The notes below the pieces were generated by a model. The model saw only the letters and a program-made list of their open reading frames with translations. It had not been told where the DNA came from and ran no database searches. From IMG/VR virus record IMGVR_UViG_2617271087_000004: a stretch of DNA of 64,000 nt. One strand, written 5' to 3'. The stretch is from a virus (lineage: Duplodnaviria; Heunggongvirae; Uroviricota; Caudoviricetes). Made by a program: the position numbers and the translations under genes. Below are positions 1-10,660 of this stretch, one piece after another (position 1 is the first letter of the stretch; each line of letters starts with the position of its first letter).

Positions 1-264
1 TGAAAGGGCATTGTTTACCTTACCCAGGAGTTCGCCAAATTCCACCATCACTCTAGTAAGCCCGCGCCGCGCTTCCTCCTCCGTTGCATTCATCACAAAA
101 TGTTCAGCACTCCGCATGCTTTTAACGGGGAACGCAACAGATATCGAGTCGATATCAGGCATCCTATCGCTCAACTTTACGGTGACAATGACAGATGGTG
201 ACTGAATTTGAGAGCTTACAGACAGCACCACATATTTTCCGTCTATTTTGAAATTCTTCCGCAT
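1..264 (-). CDS. hypothetical protein, N-terminal 88 codons; ORF runs off the left edge (position of P1 cra/ref downstream of cre)
   Basis: Open minus-strand frame from ATG at 262-264 with no stop to position 1; C1-operator-like site just upstream. Confidence 0.4.
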   Translation of the reverse strand, partial: MRKNFKIDGKYVVLSVSSQIQSPSVIVTVKLSDRMPDIDSISVAFPVKSMRSAEHFVMNATEEEARRGLTRVMVEFGELLGKVNNALS

Positions 265-280
265 GTGTCACCATAAATAT

Positions 281-297
281 CAAATAATTAGAGCAAT
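281..297 (-). promoter_or_regulatory. C1 repressor operator-like site (14/17 match to ATTGCTCTAATAAATTT)
   Basis: Sequence caaataattagagcaat; lies upstream of the partial minus-strand ORF. Confidence 0.45.
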
Positions 298-314
298 ATG
301 GCGCAAATGAACGG

Positions 315-1346
315 CTAATCGCCATCTTCCAGCAGGCGCACCATTGCCCCCGTTTCACTATCCAGGTTACGAATGTAGTTCATGACAATATTTACGTTGG
401 TCCAGCCACCAGCTTGCATGATCTCCGGTATTGAAACTCCGGCGCGGGCCATATCTCGCGCGGCTCCGACACGGGCACTGTGTCCAGACCAGGCCAGGTA
501 TCTCTGCCCAGAGTCATCCTTAGCGCCATAAATCAATCGATGAGTTGCTTCAAAAATCCCTTCCAGAGCGCGAGTTGATAGCTGGCTGGTGGCAGATGGC
601 GCGGCAACACCATTTTTTCTGACACGGCAAAACAGGTAGTTATTCGGATCATCAGCCACACCAGAGACAGAAATCCATCGCTCGACCAGTTTAGTTACCC
701 CCAGGCTAAGTGCCTTCTCTACACCTGCGGTGCTAACCAGTGTTTTCGTTCTGCCAATATGGATTAACATTCTCCCACCGTCAGTACGTGAGATATCTTT
801 AACCCTGATCCTGGCAATTTCGGCTATACGTAACAGGGTGTTATAAGCAATCCCCAGAAATGCCAGATTCCGTATATCCTGGCAGCGATCGCTATTTTCC
901 ATGAGTGAACGAACCTGGTCGAAATCAGTGCGTTCGAACGCCAATGCCTGTTTTGCACGTTCACCGGCATCAACGTTTTCTTTTCGAATCCGCCGCATGA
1001 CCAGTGAAACAGCATTACTGTCACTTGGTCGTGACAGCCCGGACCGACGATGAAGCATGTTTAGCTGGCCCAAATGTTGCTGGATAGTTTTTACTGCCAG
1101 ACCGCGCGCCTGAAGATATAGAAGATAATCGCGAACATCTTCAGGTTCTGCGGGAAACCATTTCCGGTTATTCAACTTGCACCATGCCGCCCACGACCGG
1201 CAAACGGACAGAAGCATTTTCCAGGTATGCTCAGAAAACGCCTGGCGATCCCTGAACATGTCCATCAGGTTCTTGCGAACCTCATCACTCGTTGCATCGA
1301 CCGGTAATGCAGGCAAATTTTGGTGTACGGTCAGTAAATTGGACAT
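315..1346 (-). CDS. cre: Cre tyrosine site-specific recombinase
   Basis: 343-aa translation recognisable as P1 Cre essentially end to end; loxP lies ~420 bp upstream. Confidence 0.97.
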   Translation of the reverse strand: MSNLLTVHQNLPALPVDATSDEVRKNLMDMFRDRQAFSEHTWKMLLSVCRSWAAWCKLNNRKWFPAEPEDVRDYLLYLQARGLAVKTIQQHLGQLNMLHRRSGLSRPSDSNAVSLVMRRIRKENVDAGERAKQALAFERTDFDQVRSLMENSDRCQDIRNLAFLGIAYNTLLRIAEIARIRVKDISRTDGGRMLIHIGRTKTLVSTAGVEKALSLGVTKLVERWISVSGVADDPNNYLFCRVRKNGVAAPSATSQLSTRALEGIFEATHRLIYGAKDDSGQRYLAWSGHSARVGAARDMARAGVSIPEIMQAGGWTNVNIVMNYIRNLDSETGAMVRLLEDGD

Positions 1347-1353
1347 TTAACAC

Positions 1354-1575
1354 TCAGATAATGGTTTTAAGTAAAGTGTACAGGATCGGCTCTGCCTTTA
1401 CCTGTTTATGGTTCTCGTCATAGAAACGCCAGCGACCGCGCGTGCGTTCTATTTTCTCTTCACCGCGCGATAATGACAGTTGGCAACTATCACGATCAAA
1501 CCCTTTTGCCCGCCAGTAACCACGGTTTTTCTCAAGCTCAAGATGAGTGGACACTTTAGCAGCTGAATATCCCAT
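1354..1575 (-). CDS. hypothetical small ORF between loxP and cre (may be non-coding promoter region)
   Basis: 73-codon ORF from track; no recognisable family; region expected to carry cre promoters. Confidence 0.2.
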   Translation of the reverse strand: MGYSAAKVSTHLELEKNRGYWRAKGFDRDSCQLSLSRGEEKIERTRGRWRFYDENHKQVKAEPILYTLLKTII

Positions 1576-1764
1576 TTTTCACCTCTGATTGATTGGTGGT
1601 GCTAAGTGCGCTACGCGAAATCTGGAGCACAAACACTGCCAACAATTCGCAGATTTTACGTAGCGCAACCTTGATCAAATGATCAAGTGATCACTATTTG
1701 ACCTGATAAGGTATTGAACTGTATGGATTTACAGGTAAATTGATCATGTTCAATAACCCTTAAG

Positions 1765-1798
1765 ATAACTTCGTATAATGTATGCTATACGAAGTTAT
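1765..1798. other. loxP: loxP recombination site (13-bp inverted arms, 8-bp spacer ATGTATGC)
   Basis: Exact ATAACTTCGTATA-ATGTATGC-TATACGAAGTTAT. Confidence 0.97.
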
Positions 1799-1841
1799 TA
1801 GGTCCGAAGAGGAGTTTACGTCCAGCTGCGCATAAAAATCA

Positions 1842-1858
1842 AGAATTATTAGAGCAAT
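1842..1858 (-). promoter_or_regulatory. C1 operator (ImmC, Op99-like)
   Basis: agaattattagagcaat, 15/17 to reverse complement of ATTGCTCTAATAAATTT. Confidence 0.65.
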
Positions 1859-1924
1859 AAATTTTGAGAGAAAAATCCCACTCCACCAGCCAAAAACTGG
1901 ATTGTTTTTCATTGTTGTTTGACA

Positions 1925-1941
1925 ATTGCTCTAATAAATTA
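1925..1941 (+). promoter_or_regulatory. C1 operator (ImmC, Op99-like)
   Basis: attgctctaataaatta, 16/17 to consensus. Confidence 0.7.
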
Positions 1942-2179
1942 TAGTTTTGCCGCCGTTTCGTAATACGACTTTGGATTCACTATTTAATGTGTCTTCAGCG
2001 TTGTAGAGCGGCTCAGAAGGAAATGAGCAAACAGGGAAACCTTATACAACGGCATTACAGCTATGCATTGCTCATCTTACACACAGCGCAATGTTGTTAG
2101 ATTACCCCAGCATGGATCATGGGTGAAACAGTAGGTCAGAGCTTCAGGCTCTGTGTTGTCAATACAGTGAGGCATAATT

Positions 2180-2389
2180 ATGGCTTTCATTCCACCAACC
2201 ATCGACGACGTTAGACATTGCTCTAACGCTTTATCTGTAGACCCTGCCGAAACCGACGCTGCCCGCGCCATTGCTGAACACTACTCAAAGATATCCAATC
2301 AGGAGTACCGCATCACCCAAGACGACCTGGATGATCTCACTGACACAATCGAATATCTCATGGCCACTAACCAGCCAGACTCACAATAA
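2180..2389 (+). CDS. coi: Coi, C1 inactivator
   Basis: 69-aa ORF immediately upstream of c1 on the same strand, matching P1 coi size and position. Confidence 0.75.
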   Translation: MAFIPPTIDDVRHCSNALSVDPAETDAARAIAEHYSKISNQEYRITQDDLDDLTDTIEYLMATNQPDSQ

Positions 2390-2499
2390 ATGCACTAATA
2401 AATCTATTATTTTCGTTGGATCCTTCTATAATGGTGGCCAACAACTCCCAGTGTAATCCGCTGTGAGTTGTTGGCCATGTCAATTCTGGAGGAGGATCA

Positions 2500-3351
2500 A
2501 TGATAAATTATGTCTACGGCGAACAACTGTACCAGGAGTTCGTCAGCTTCAGGGATCTCTTTCTAAAAAAAGCTGTTGCACGCGCCCAACACGTTGATGC
2601 CGCCAGCGACGGTCGTCCTGTACGCCCGGTTGTCGTTCTGCCGTTCAAAGAAACGGACAGCATTCAGGCTGAAATTGATAAATGGACTTTAATGGCGCGA
2701 GAACTGGAACAGTACCCAGACCTCAATATCCCAAAGACTATTTTATATCCAGTGCCTAACATCCTTCGCGGTGTGCGTAAGGTTACAACTTATCAGACAG
2801 AAGCTGTGAACAGCGTCAACATGACCGCTGGCCGCATTATTCATCTGATTGATAAGGACATTCGCATCCAGAAAAGCGCGGGGATCAATGAGCACAGTGC
2901 GAAATACATAGAGAACCTGGAAGCAACAAAAGAGCTAATGAAGCAGTACCCGGAGGATGAAAAATTCCGTATGCGTGTACACGGCTTTAGCGAAACAATG
3001 CTGCGCGTCCATTACATTTCCAGTAGCCCTAACTACAATGATGGTAAATCAGTTAGTTACCATGTGCCGCTGTGTGGTGTGTTTATCTGCGATGAAACTC
3101 TCCGTGATGGAATCATCATCAACGGTGAATTCGAGAAAGCAAAATTTAGCCTTTATGACTCTATAGAACCGATCATCTGCGACCGCTGGCCGCAGGCAAA
3201 AATATATCGCCTGGCAGATATTGAAAATGTAAAAAAACAAATTGCCATCACTCGCGAAGAGAAAAAGGTCAAATCAGCCGCATCAGTTACGCGCAGCCGT
3301 AAAACTAAGAAGGGGCAGCCAGTAAACGACAACCCCGAAAGCGCGCAATAG
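2500..3351 (+). CDS. c1: C1 primary immunity repressor
   Basis: 283-aa ORF with SD (ggagga); size and position convergent with pacB as in P1; operators upstream. Confidence 0.9.
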   Translation: MINYVYGEQLYQEFVSFRDLFLKKAVARAQHVDAASDGRPVRPVVVLPFKETDSIQAEIDKWTLMARELEQYPDLNIPKTILYPVPNILRGVRKVTTYQTEAVNSVNMTAGRIIHLIDKDIRIQKSAGINEHSAKYIENLEATKELMKQYPEDEKFRMRVHGFSETMLRVHYISSSPNYNDGKSVSYHVPLCGVFICDETLRDGIIINGEFEKAKFSLYDSIEPIICDRWPQAKIYRLADIENVKKQIAITREEKKVKSAASVTRSRKTKKGQPVNDNPESAQ

Positions 3352-3375
3352 TTTCTATCCGGCATGGTTAATGAG

Positions 3376-4860
3376 TTATTCATTAAGCCATGCCAGAGCT
3401 TCATCAACCTGCGCTTCGTCTTCGACGCTAAGCACTTCATCCTGGGGAACATAGTTCGCCAACATAGCGAAACAATATGTATCCCAATGGTCCGGTGAGT
3501 GCAGGTTGAGTTTTTTCTTCATATCTTCCTTTGACATCACCTTCCATTGACCTGCGGAATTTATCCCTACCGGTATCTTTGATGCTTCCTCTATAGTCGC
3601 AGCCCCCTTATCAAGCCTCATACGCCCTGATTTTACAGCTTCTGCCGCCTGAATATTCGCGAAAGCGCGCATATCGAAATAAAGGCTTTTATCTTCACGG
3701 CTGTGCATCTTTTTACCCCAGCGGATACGCTGGACGGTAATACCATAGCGTTCGTACATTAGATCAGCCGTCGATTTCCCCAAGCCATCGCCATCAATAG
3801 CTATGGTTATGTTCGGGAACCGTTCTGGGTTACATTCTGCGAAAATCTTGGCGGCTAACTGCGTTTCTGTAACGTCTGTGTATTCCAGCATACGATAGTT
3901 GATTACACGGCGTTTATTTCGCTGGCCGGACACCATCATGATATTAATAACGGACTTATCTCGTCCTGTGCCACCAGCAACGTCAACACATGCAACCCAG
4001 CCCCATCCTTTGGCAATCTTGACCTTTCGCCGCGTCGCCCGCTCAACCTCATCACGACCAAGAAGAAAGCCATCTTGAGATTTGGGAAATTCACCACGTA
4101 CTTTGATCATGTACATGGGGTTATCACGACCGCCATACTCCGCAAGTTTTGCTCGTATAAATTTTGCATCTACAAGCGGAGATTCTTCACTATTCAGTAT
4201 TATCGCAGTAAACAATCCATCAGGATTTCCCGGGCGAATAGCTAGTCTGTGGTGTGAATCGTAGAAATAGCCTGAAGGTCGCGTAGGCTGGGAAAGAAGC
4301 AGAATACGGTTATCCTTACCGGTCAGCGCACCTGTTATCACACTGAATGCTTTATCACTCACACCCGACGCTTCGTCGATGATATACAAGAGATGATCGG
4401 CGTGTTCACCAGCCAACGCCTCCTCATTCCCGGGGCGACAGGACTTTATCAATATTGTCCAAACACCCTTGCCAGTCACCTCAAAAAAAGACGTTTCTGT
4501 AAGAATGAAATACTTCGACAACCACGGGAATCTGCTAACAGCAGTAGCCCAATTGCTCTTTATGTATTTGAAAATACCATCAAGGACTTGCTGTCTTTTG
4601 TTAGCGACCAGAATGACGCGAGCGCCGGGGAAAAACATGATGAAGAGTATTGCAATGATACTCGTCATATCCGATTTACCAGTACCATGGCCGGAGGTCA
4701 CACTTGTCCAACTGCCGTCCTGCTGCGTGGACTCAATGATCTCATCCTGCTGCCAGGTTGGTGTCTTCCCAAACAACACATCAGCGGCCGCAATCCAGTC
4801 ATAACGATATAGCGCCACAAGCTCGCGCCAACGTGGGTCCGTTACGCAACTTCTGGCCAT
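3376..4860 (-). CDS. pacB: PacB terminase large subunit
   Basis: 494-aa ORF immediately downstream of and overlapping pacA; terminase position in P1 synteny. Confidence 0.85.
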
Positions 4861-6053
4861 TAATCATCATCCCCGTACAGTTTGCGGGTAACTTCTTCGT
4901 CTTCCTCCTCGTCTTCGTCCAGATCCTGTTCAAGCCATGCTTCGTTTGATATGCCTTCCGCATCGACATCACCATAACCACCTGTATCGACGATATCGGC
5001 AATTTCTTCTCTACGATGCTCAATCCACAATGCGGCATCAGCGCGGCGGCTGGCGGCCCGTTCTCGCGCGATTTTATCCAGATCTTCAAGTGATGGAGCG
5101 CCAGATGCTGTTTGGTTTTCCTCATCATCGGTATTGGTCTTAGGAGCACGCAGATCGGCTTTGATTTGCTCCAGCATCAGGGGAGGCACTTTTCCTCCAT
5201 GCGCCTCGATGAATTCAGCCGCTTCCAGCACTGACCAGTTATTTTCACGCTTTCGTTCGTATGCCAGCTTAACAATGCCAGCTTGCCCCATAGATAAAGC
5301 GTGCTTTTCCGCCTCCCGGCTTTCTTTTCGATAGTTATTCCGGATGCTGTAAATGGTGTTGATCAGGCTGCTTATCTGCGCGGAACAGCTGTTTAGCATG
5401 CTCGCGATACGGTATTCAGGCGGAGTACCTTCATCATCGTCTTTTTGCTGATCGCGCATTTCCTGCACTAGGCGAATACACGTATCCCTGGCGTTCTCCA
5501 GCATAAGGAGATGAGAAAGAGACTTTTCCAGAAGAGTGGTTTCCAGAACATCGGCCCCGGACCGACGCAACATAGCGCGCGCGGCCTTCCGCGCTTCAAC
5601 GTTATCTATCAGGTAATCGCCAGCTTCGAATTCAAAGCGTTCACCATCATCATCCAGGGTGTCGCGTTCCAGGCGATCACGTAAGGTACGGTGGGCGCGG
5701 GTGATCACGTCATGATCATCAGAACGATCATTTATGCGCTTATTTTGGCGCTTAGCGTTCTCGACTGCGGCACTGACAACAGCATTAACTCTTTGTTTTT
5801 CAGCCATTTCAGCCACAATGTGATCACCTGCACGTTGATCATTAGCGTGATCAATGATCATGCTTTTTAGAGGCTTCCTGACTGGCTTATTTGGCTTGCG
5901 GCTGTCCGCTGTCCTGGTGTCTTCTTTGAAGGCACGGAGATAACGACGTGCGGTATTAGGGTTAAGATTAAACTCGGCGGCATACTGTGCGATGGTGTAA
6001 CCACCATCTCGCGCCAGGCGAGCAAAATTCTTCTTGTGATCGTCCCAGGTCAC
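4860..6053 (-). CDS. pacA: PacA terminase small / pac-recognition subunit
   Basis: 397-aa ORF containing the clustered GATC-hexamer pac site. Confidence 0.85.
5685..5860. other. pac: pac packaging site: two clusters of TGATCA/G hexamers carrying Dam GATC sites
   Basis: Four hexamers at ~5685-5730 and four at ~5821-5860 inside pacA. Confidence 0.7.
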
Positions 6054-6139
6054 TTATGCTTCCTTTCGTATAAAACTCTTTTTGACGCGAGGGTAACGAA
6101 AGTCACATGTCAAAAGGCCCGGAACGGGCAAGCAATCAA

Positions 6140-6592
6140 TCAGATACGTGCGGATGTGGCATTACCGTAATGACGGTGCTGACGGACCACCTTATTGAAA
6201 AGTTGACGCGCCATCACCCAAGGCTGGTGCTCCCGGCGTTCCTTTTCGTCCTGCGTCATATAGAGTTCGTTCTGGAGTTTTTCATCAAACCGGCGCGGAG
6301 CGCGGCTGCGGCGAAAGAATTCAGGATTCAGAGAGTGGATCTGAAATCTACGTGGGCGTGTACTGTCATCAATCAAAACAGACGAATACTTAGACACAGC
6401 GATAGCCTTTAAGCGCAGATAAACATCGCGCTTATCGACATCCAGATGCGGGTATTCCTTTTCAAGAATTGCTGCGAGTTCTTTCGCTGATAGAAGAGAT
6501 TTAGTGCGGATCATGTAATCCGCAATCTCGTACGATGTTATTCGTGAGTGATTTATTTCCATGAAGTGGCGTCCCTGCCAGTTAAGTAACAT
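6140..6592 (-). CDS. lpa: Lpa late promoter activator (alternative start at the second Met possible)
   Basis: 150-aa basic protein upstream of pacA with a C1-operator-like site upstream. Confidence 0.65.
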   Translation of the reverse strand: MLLNWQGRHFMEINHSRITSYEIADYMIRTKSLLSAKELAAILEKEYPHLDVDKRDVYLRLKAIAVSKYSSVLIDDSTRPRRFQIHSLNPEFFRRSRAPRRFDEKLQNELYMTQDEKERREHQPWVMARQLFNKVVRQHRHYGNATSARI

Positions 6593-6662
6593 CCTGTCAC
6601 CTACTGATTAGCCCATGTCAACTAATCAACGTCGAATATAATACCCTCGATTAAAGAAATAG

Positions 6663-6679
6663 CAATACATTAGAGCAAT
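6663..6679 (-). promoter_or_regulatory. C1 operator-like site upstream of lpa
   Basis: caatacattagagcaat, 14/17. Confidence 0.45.
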
Positions 6680-6680
6680 T

Positions 6681-7724
6681 TTATCTAACGCTCAACGAAT
6701 GACTTGTGATAGCGCCGACTCCAAGCGCGTAATCAAAGAACAATCGTTGATGCATCGCCAGCCTACCGTGCGTCTTCTCCCAATTATCGCGGTCACGCTC
6801 AATATCACGCTGGCATGACTGGCACAGAGGAATAGCATAAATGTCATGCGCGCATAATCGACTATGACGAACGATATAAGGCGTAATGTGAGCGCCAGCT
6901 CCCGCAGCTCCACAGCCACAGCATGGACGGGAAGCCACAAAGTCCATGTACTCGGGCAATTTTAGCGATTGAAGTTTTGGTATTTTGAAATGCGCCATAC
7001 CTGGGTCGGAGTCAACATCCACAGGGCATACTTTTGCACGCATCGGCGCGGCGCGTTCTTCCATCATCTGAACATATGCTGTAGCGCGATCGTCATACGG
7101 GCGAATATCCGCCTCTTTCAGAGGTCCGCTATCCTGCGGAGTAGCCTTCATCTTATTTATTGATATGCGGCAGACTTCTTCCGGCATCAGGTGCATCATG
7201 TTGCGCATGAAAGCCCACCAGCACAGCTCCTGAATACTTAAATCATGGCTATTTGAAAGGCCCATTTCCTGACGGGCGACATCCAGTATCCAGTTAACGC
7301 GATTATTGTGCAACGTTTCTTTCAGCTCATTAAAACCACGCATCCGGTAATGGTTATCGTGATGCCAGCACAACAACACCGCGCTATTGTCTCGTTCAGC
7401 GTGGACAATATGGTTGTCACACCAACTACGATCTGCGGCCTGGCATTGACCCTCTTTCCTACGCAACCACGCCACCAGCGAGTCAATTCCACCAATACGG
7501 CGAAACAGTTCATCGCTGTTAAAAAACGGCTGCAACGCCTCATTTGTTGCCATGGTTTGCTCGGTAACAACGAGGCCGTCTTCCATGTGCTCGATTAACT
7601 CACGCGGCACCGGCTCCATAATAAATTTACGGCCAGCCTCCACCAGCTTTCTGACCTCCTGATCCACTTTGAACGTGGCGAGGCCAAGCTCTTTCTGTAC
7701 AAAGGGAGTAATTACGGCTTTCAC
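6681..7724 (-). CDS. pdcB: PdcB-like protein with Cys-rich HNH-like C-terminus
   Basis: 347-aa ORF downstream of phd-doc-pdcA; C-terminal CCGCG...CAHD...CQSC motif. Confidence 0.6.
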   Translation of the reverse strand: MKAVITPFVQKELGLATFKVDQEVRKLVEAGRKFIMEPVPRELIEHMEDGLVVTEQTMATNEALQPFFNSDELFRRIGGIDSLVAWLRRKEGQCQAADRSWCDNHIVHAERDNSAVLLCWHHDNHYRMRGFNELKETLHNNRVNWILDVARQEMGLSNSHDLSIQELCWWAFMRNMMHLMPEEVCRISINKMKATPQDSGPLKEADIRPYDDRATAYVQMMEERAAPMRAKVCPVDVDSDPGMAHFKIPKLQSLKLPEYMDFVASRPCCGCGAAGAGAHITPYIVRHSRLCAHDIYAIPLCQSCQRDIERDRDNWEKTHGRLAMHQRLFFDYALGVGAITSHSLSVR

Positions 7725-7751
7725 ATCACACCTTTAATCACTGATTGGGCT

Positions 7752-7952
7752 TTATCTGCTGCCCGGCATTCTCTGTTTAAGCACAACCATTTCCTGACGG
7801 CATAACACAGCAATAGCGGTCCTGACTCCAATTTGCTTACCAACCAGGTATTGCTTTACCTTGCGGCGACTCACGCCATCAAGAAGCATCTTTAACGCTT
7901 CACGGGACAATTTGTTGTATTTGCGTGCCATTAATCTACTCCGCAGAACCAT
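7752..7952 (-). CDS. pdcA: PdcA-like small protein
   Basis: 66-aa ORF overlapping the doc 3' end, post-doc position. Confidence 0.5.
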   Translation of the reverse strand: MVLRSRLMARKYNKLSREALKMLLDGVSRRKVKQYLVGKQIGVRTAIAVLCRQEMVVLKQRMPGSR

Positions 7953-8316
7953 ACAATCTACGTAACGTGTCGGCGACAGAAGATACAGATATCTCGCCAG
8001 TCGCAGCGCCTACGGTAAGGTCTGCCAGTTCAGGTGAATCAAATACCTGCACCCCGTTACGGCGTAGAAATAGCAGCGCACTGTTTAGCGCGGTACGCTT
8101 ATTGGCATCATTGAATATATGCCCTCTCGCTGTAGCCACCAGGTAGGTGGCGGAGACTTCGAAAAGGTCGGTGATCTCTTCGTAGGCAACTCTGGCCTGA
8201 ACTCTCCCGATAATGGCCTCTGCCCTACCCGGATCAGACATTCCCGGCAGGCCGCCGTAGCGGCTTATATTCGCATCATGAAGCGCAACAAGTTCTTCCG
8301 GTGATATATGTCTCAT
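7936..8316 (-). CDS. doc: Doc toxin (Fic-fold kinase) of the phd/doc addiction module
   Basis: 126-aa translation recognisable as P1 Doc; ATGA overlap with phd stop. Confidence 0.95.
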
Positions 8317-8537
8317 TATCGGTTAACCAGTTCCTTGTTGGTGGAGTCCAGGGTGTCAAACAGGGATGCAAATTCAGCATCCAGCGCCGCTTTTTTGTAG
8401 GCTTCGAAAGTAGCCTTGCTGACAATTACTGCTGGCTCACGGCCTCTGCGGGTGATTTCAACCTCTTCCCCGGCTTCAACATTGTTGAGCACTTCAGAAA
8501 GGTTGCCACGCGCGGTACGGAAGTTAATGGATTGCAT
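8316..8537 (-). CDS. phd: Phd antitoxin
   Basis: [16 protein letters not shown]... matches P1 Phd; track ORF begins two codons earlier. Confidence 0.95.
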   Translation of the reverse strand: MQSINFRTARGNLSEVLNNVEAGEEVEITRRGREPAVIVSKATFEAYKKAALDAEFASLFDTLDSTNKELVNR

Positions 8538-8544
8538 AAACACC

Positions 8545-8600
8545 TCGTGTACTCGTTATGTGTACACAATTATAAACTTCACAGGCATAAAGCACCAGCA
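8545..8600 (-). promoter_or_regulatory. phd-doc promoter with palindromic Phd/Doc operator
   Basis: GTGTAC...GTACAC palindromes overlapping a TATAAT -10 and GAGGTG SD on the minus strand. Confidence 0.6.
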
Positions 8601-8609
8601 CTTTGCAGC

Positions 8610-8999
8610 TTAAATAACCGGACAATCATCAAATTCCCCACTTCGGGCATCATTGATGACATGAGTGATCACACCAAAAACAGCATTACTGCCCGTGTAT
8701 CCATCGTCATCTACTGGTAACGCCTCTTTCTTCCCGGTGCTTAAGTCCTCCAGGTGCTGGCGCGGATACTTCCTGTATCTCTTTATGCGATATTCACCCT
8801 CCATAGCGCACACAAGCAGAGAACCATCAACCGGAGTAAGCGAGGAATCAACCACCAGCAAAGCACCCTGCAATATTCCCTCACGGTGATGGCTATCAGC
8901 TGCCCGCATGAAGTAGGTCGCTGAAGGATGTCTAATTATCTGCTGATCAAGAGAAATTCGGCTTTCAACATAATCCGCCGCAGGAGAAGGGAAGCCCAT
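8610..8999 (-). CDS. humD: HumD, UmuD-like SOS mutagenesis protein
   Basis: 129-aa UmuD'-like translation; SOS box directly upstream. Confidence 0.9.
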   Translation of the reverse strand: MGFPSPAADYVESRISLDQQIIRHPSATYFMRAADSHHREGILQGALLVVDSSLTPVDGSLLVCAMEGEYRIKRYRKYPRQHLEDLSTGKKEALPVDDDGYTGSNAVFGVITHVINDARSGEFDDCPVI

Positions 9000-9017
9000 A
9001 GCGTTTTACCTCAATGA

Positions 9018-9037
9018 TACTGTTTATTCATACAGTA
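9018..9037. promoter_or_regulatory. LexA (SOS) box TACTGTTTATTCATACAGTA
   Basis: CTGT-N8-ACAG palindrome ~20 bp upstream of humD start. Confidence 0.75.
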
Positions 9038-9122
9038 TACATTGAAAAGGCATAGTTTGTGAAAGCGGGGTTTGTAGGCGCGCCACGCTGGGGGCTAATC
9101 ACATTTCTCCCCCATCTTGCCG

Positions 9123-9374
9123 TTATTTTTTTGGTGCATCCTCGTTCTGATACACCGGATCGCTCCCTTTTGGCAACTGGAGGCTTAACTGCCGGTAGTG
9201 CCGTAGCCGTTCCATGAAATAGGCGCGCAGGTTTTCCGGTTGCTCACGGGCCACCTGCTCTGCAATCACAGGTATATTCAGCCGTTCTTTGTAAGCAACG
9301 CCGCTGGCGGCAAGGTCTACGTTCACCTTGTCTCGCTCTTCCTGGCTTTTAGCTGCTATATTTCGATCTGACAC
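9123..9374 (-). CDS. hot: Hot, homologue of DNA polymerase III theta subunit
   Basis: 83-aa protein with [33 protein letters not shown] motif similar to HolE. Confidence 0.9.
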   Translation of the reverse strand: MSDRNIAAKSQEERDKVNVDLAASGVAYKERLNIPVIAEQVAREQPENLRAYFMERLRHYRQLSLQLPKGSDPVYQNEDAPKK

Positions 9375-9406
9375 AAGAAACCTCCAGGAGTTAGTGGATC
9401 AGGCAC

Positions 9407-9757
9407 ATGCACAATAACGTTCTCAATGTTAGCCGTTCAATTCAGACAATCAGAGACTGCACCAGTGTGGTGGCATCAATCCCATTGCGAAACAGCATAG
9501 ACGAACTGCAAATTCGTGTATTGAATCCGAATCAGGCTAATAAGCAATTGCGCTTTATTTTGACGCTGAAAAGTGAAACAGAGGGGATAAAGCACAGCGT
9601 AAAAGTGTTTTCTGAGGCCATTCTGCTTAATGGGAAGCTCCGGCATCTGGTAAGGCCAGAACGTCAATATCCTGACGTCCTGGCGCGTGAAAAAGACCTT
9701 CTTTCTGAAGTTCAGGATAGGGTGATCGATTTCGTCAAATGCTATCCCCTGCATTGA
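9407..9757 (+). CDS. hypothetical protein, opposite-strand ORF embedded in a minus-strand gene block
   Basis: 116-aa ORF with balanced composition; weak RBS; competes with overlapping minus ORF 9476..9754. Confidence 0.3.
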   Translation: MHNNVLNVSRSIQTIRDCTSVVASIPLRNSIDELQIRVLNPNQANKQLRFILTLKSETEGIKHSVKVFSEAILLNGKLRHLVRPERQYPDVLAREKDLLSEVQDRVIDFVKCYPLH

Positions 9758-10026
9758 GGGCAGGTGTTCCCTTCCGCAAAGTAGGGAAAATTGCTATCAA
9801 GTTCATCACACCATCTGCGATGGTCGTAGCACCAAAACGCCTCCCACGGTGCACGGAAATACTTCATCCACCAGGACACTCGATCAGGTATATCTGCTGG
9901 TGGCAGTTCTTCTGGCAATAATTTGCCTGATAATTCCCTTTCCGCCCGCGACAGCATTTTTTTGAGGCTCGCGTTCTCTTTTTCAAGCTCATCTACGCGC
10001 ACCTGTAATTCAGCTTTCGTTGGCAT
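9742..10026 (-). CDS. hypothetical protein with C-terminal Cys motif (start moved to internal Met with GAGGTG SD)
   Basis: Track ORF 9742..10107 overlaps the upstream gene by ~100 nt; internal ATG has a strong SD. Confidence 0.4.
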   Translation of the reverse strand: MPTKAELQVRVDELEKENASLKKMLSRAERELSGKLLPEELPPADIPDRVSWWMKYFRAPWEAFWCYDHRRWCDELDSNFPYFAEGNTCPQCRG

Positions 10027-10660
10027 GGTCCACCTCATGCTTTTCAGCCACCAGCGGCAATAAAGCCCTGGCCATCTTATGAACCAATAGTGCATCAATA
10101 ATGCCAAGCGTATGCCCCGGCTTAATGTTTAATGCCGCCTCAAGGCGACACCTTTCCAGGCCACTTTTCTCGGCTTGTTTATGATGATCTGGTGTAATAA
10201 CGTCGCCCAAAACACGGCTAATTCTTTCTCGTAATTGCTGGGTGCCAGCACACTTGATCGCTGTATCGTGGAGACGGTTAACCAGTTCGCGATAAACATG
10301 CGGCTTAATGCGGATACGTTCACCGGTGACGCCCTTTTCTGGTGCTGGCACCGAACTATCCGGAATATCCGGATAGTTGCCAGCCTCGTAAGCTACCCGC
10401 AGCCAGTGCATGAATGTTTCAATGGACACACAACCACAGTCCACATCGATTTTCCCGCGTTGCTGTTCCAGCCAATGCTCAAAATTCAATCTACACGTAT
10501 TACTTTCATGTTGCTCTTTTTGTCTCAAGGCCAGCATCTGCTTGGCTATTTCCAATACTTCATCTGCCGTATATCCAGCACCGTGACCATACATTTCGAT
10601 ACGGGAAATAATCTCTGATATGCGCTCTTCAGTGATTCTGGTCATTTCTTTTTGCGCCAT
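10010..10660 (-). CDS. hypothetical protein
   Basis: 216-aa ORF in minus-strand operon; no recognisable family. Confidence 0.5.
   Translation of the reverse strand: MAQKEMTRITEERISEIISRIEMYGHGAGYTADEVLEIAKQMLALRQKEQHESNTCRLNFEHWLEQQRGKIDVDCGCVSIETFMHWLRVAYEAGNYPDIPDSSVPAPEKGVTGERIRIKPHVYRELVNRLHDTAIKCAGTQQLRERISRVLGDVITPDHHKQAEKSGLERCRLEAALNIKPGHTLGIIDALLVHKMARALLPLVAEKHEVDHANES

Noticed and set aside
164-358. Track ORF 164..358 (-) downstream of cre
   Set aside because: It overlaps the cre 3' end and the operator site; the alternative frame open from 264 to the window edge is the better gene candidate.
2077-2456. Track ORFs 2077..2271 (-) and 2271..2456 (+) in ImmC
   Set aside because: They overlap coi in other frames; the 69-aa coi frame fits the expected gene. 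The small imcA/imcB genes may exist in 1800-2180 but I could not place them confidently.
6107-6412. Track ORF 6107..6412 (+) and similar plus-strand ORFs opposite lpa, pacA and pacB
   Set aside because: Antisense to well-supported genes and without RBS.
9476-9754. Minus-strand 92-aa ORF as the gene between hot and the accessory block
   Set aside because: Aromatic-rich, unbalanced translation and weak RBS. Not fully excluded; the plus-strand ORF 9407..9757 was listed at low confidence instead.
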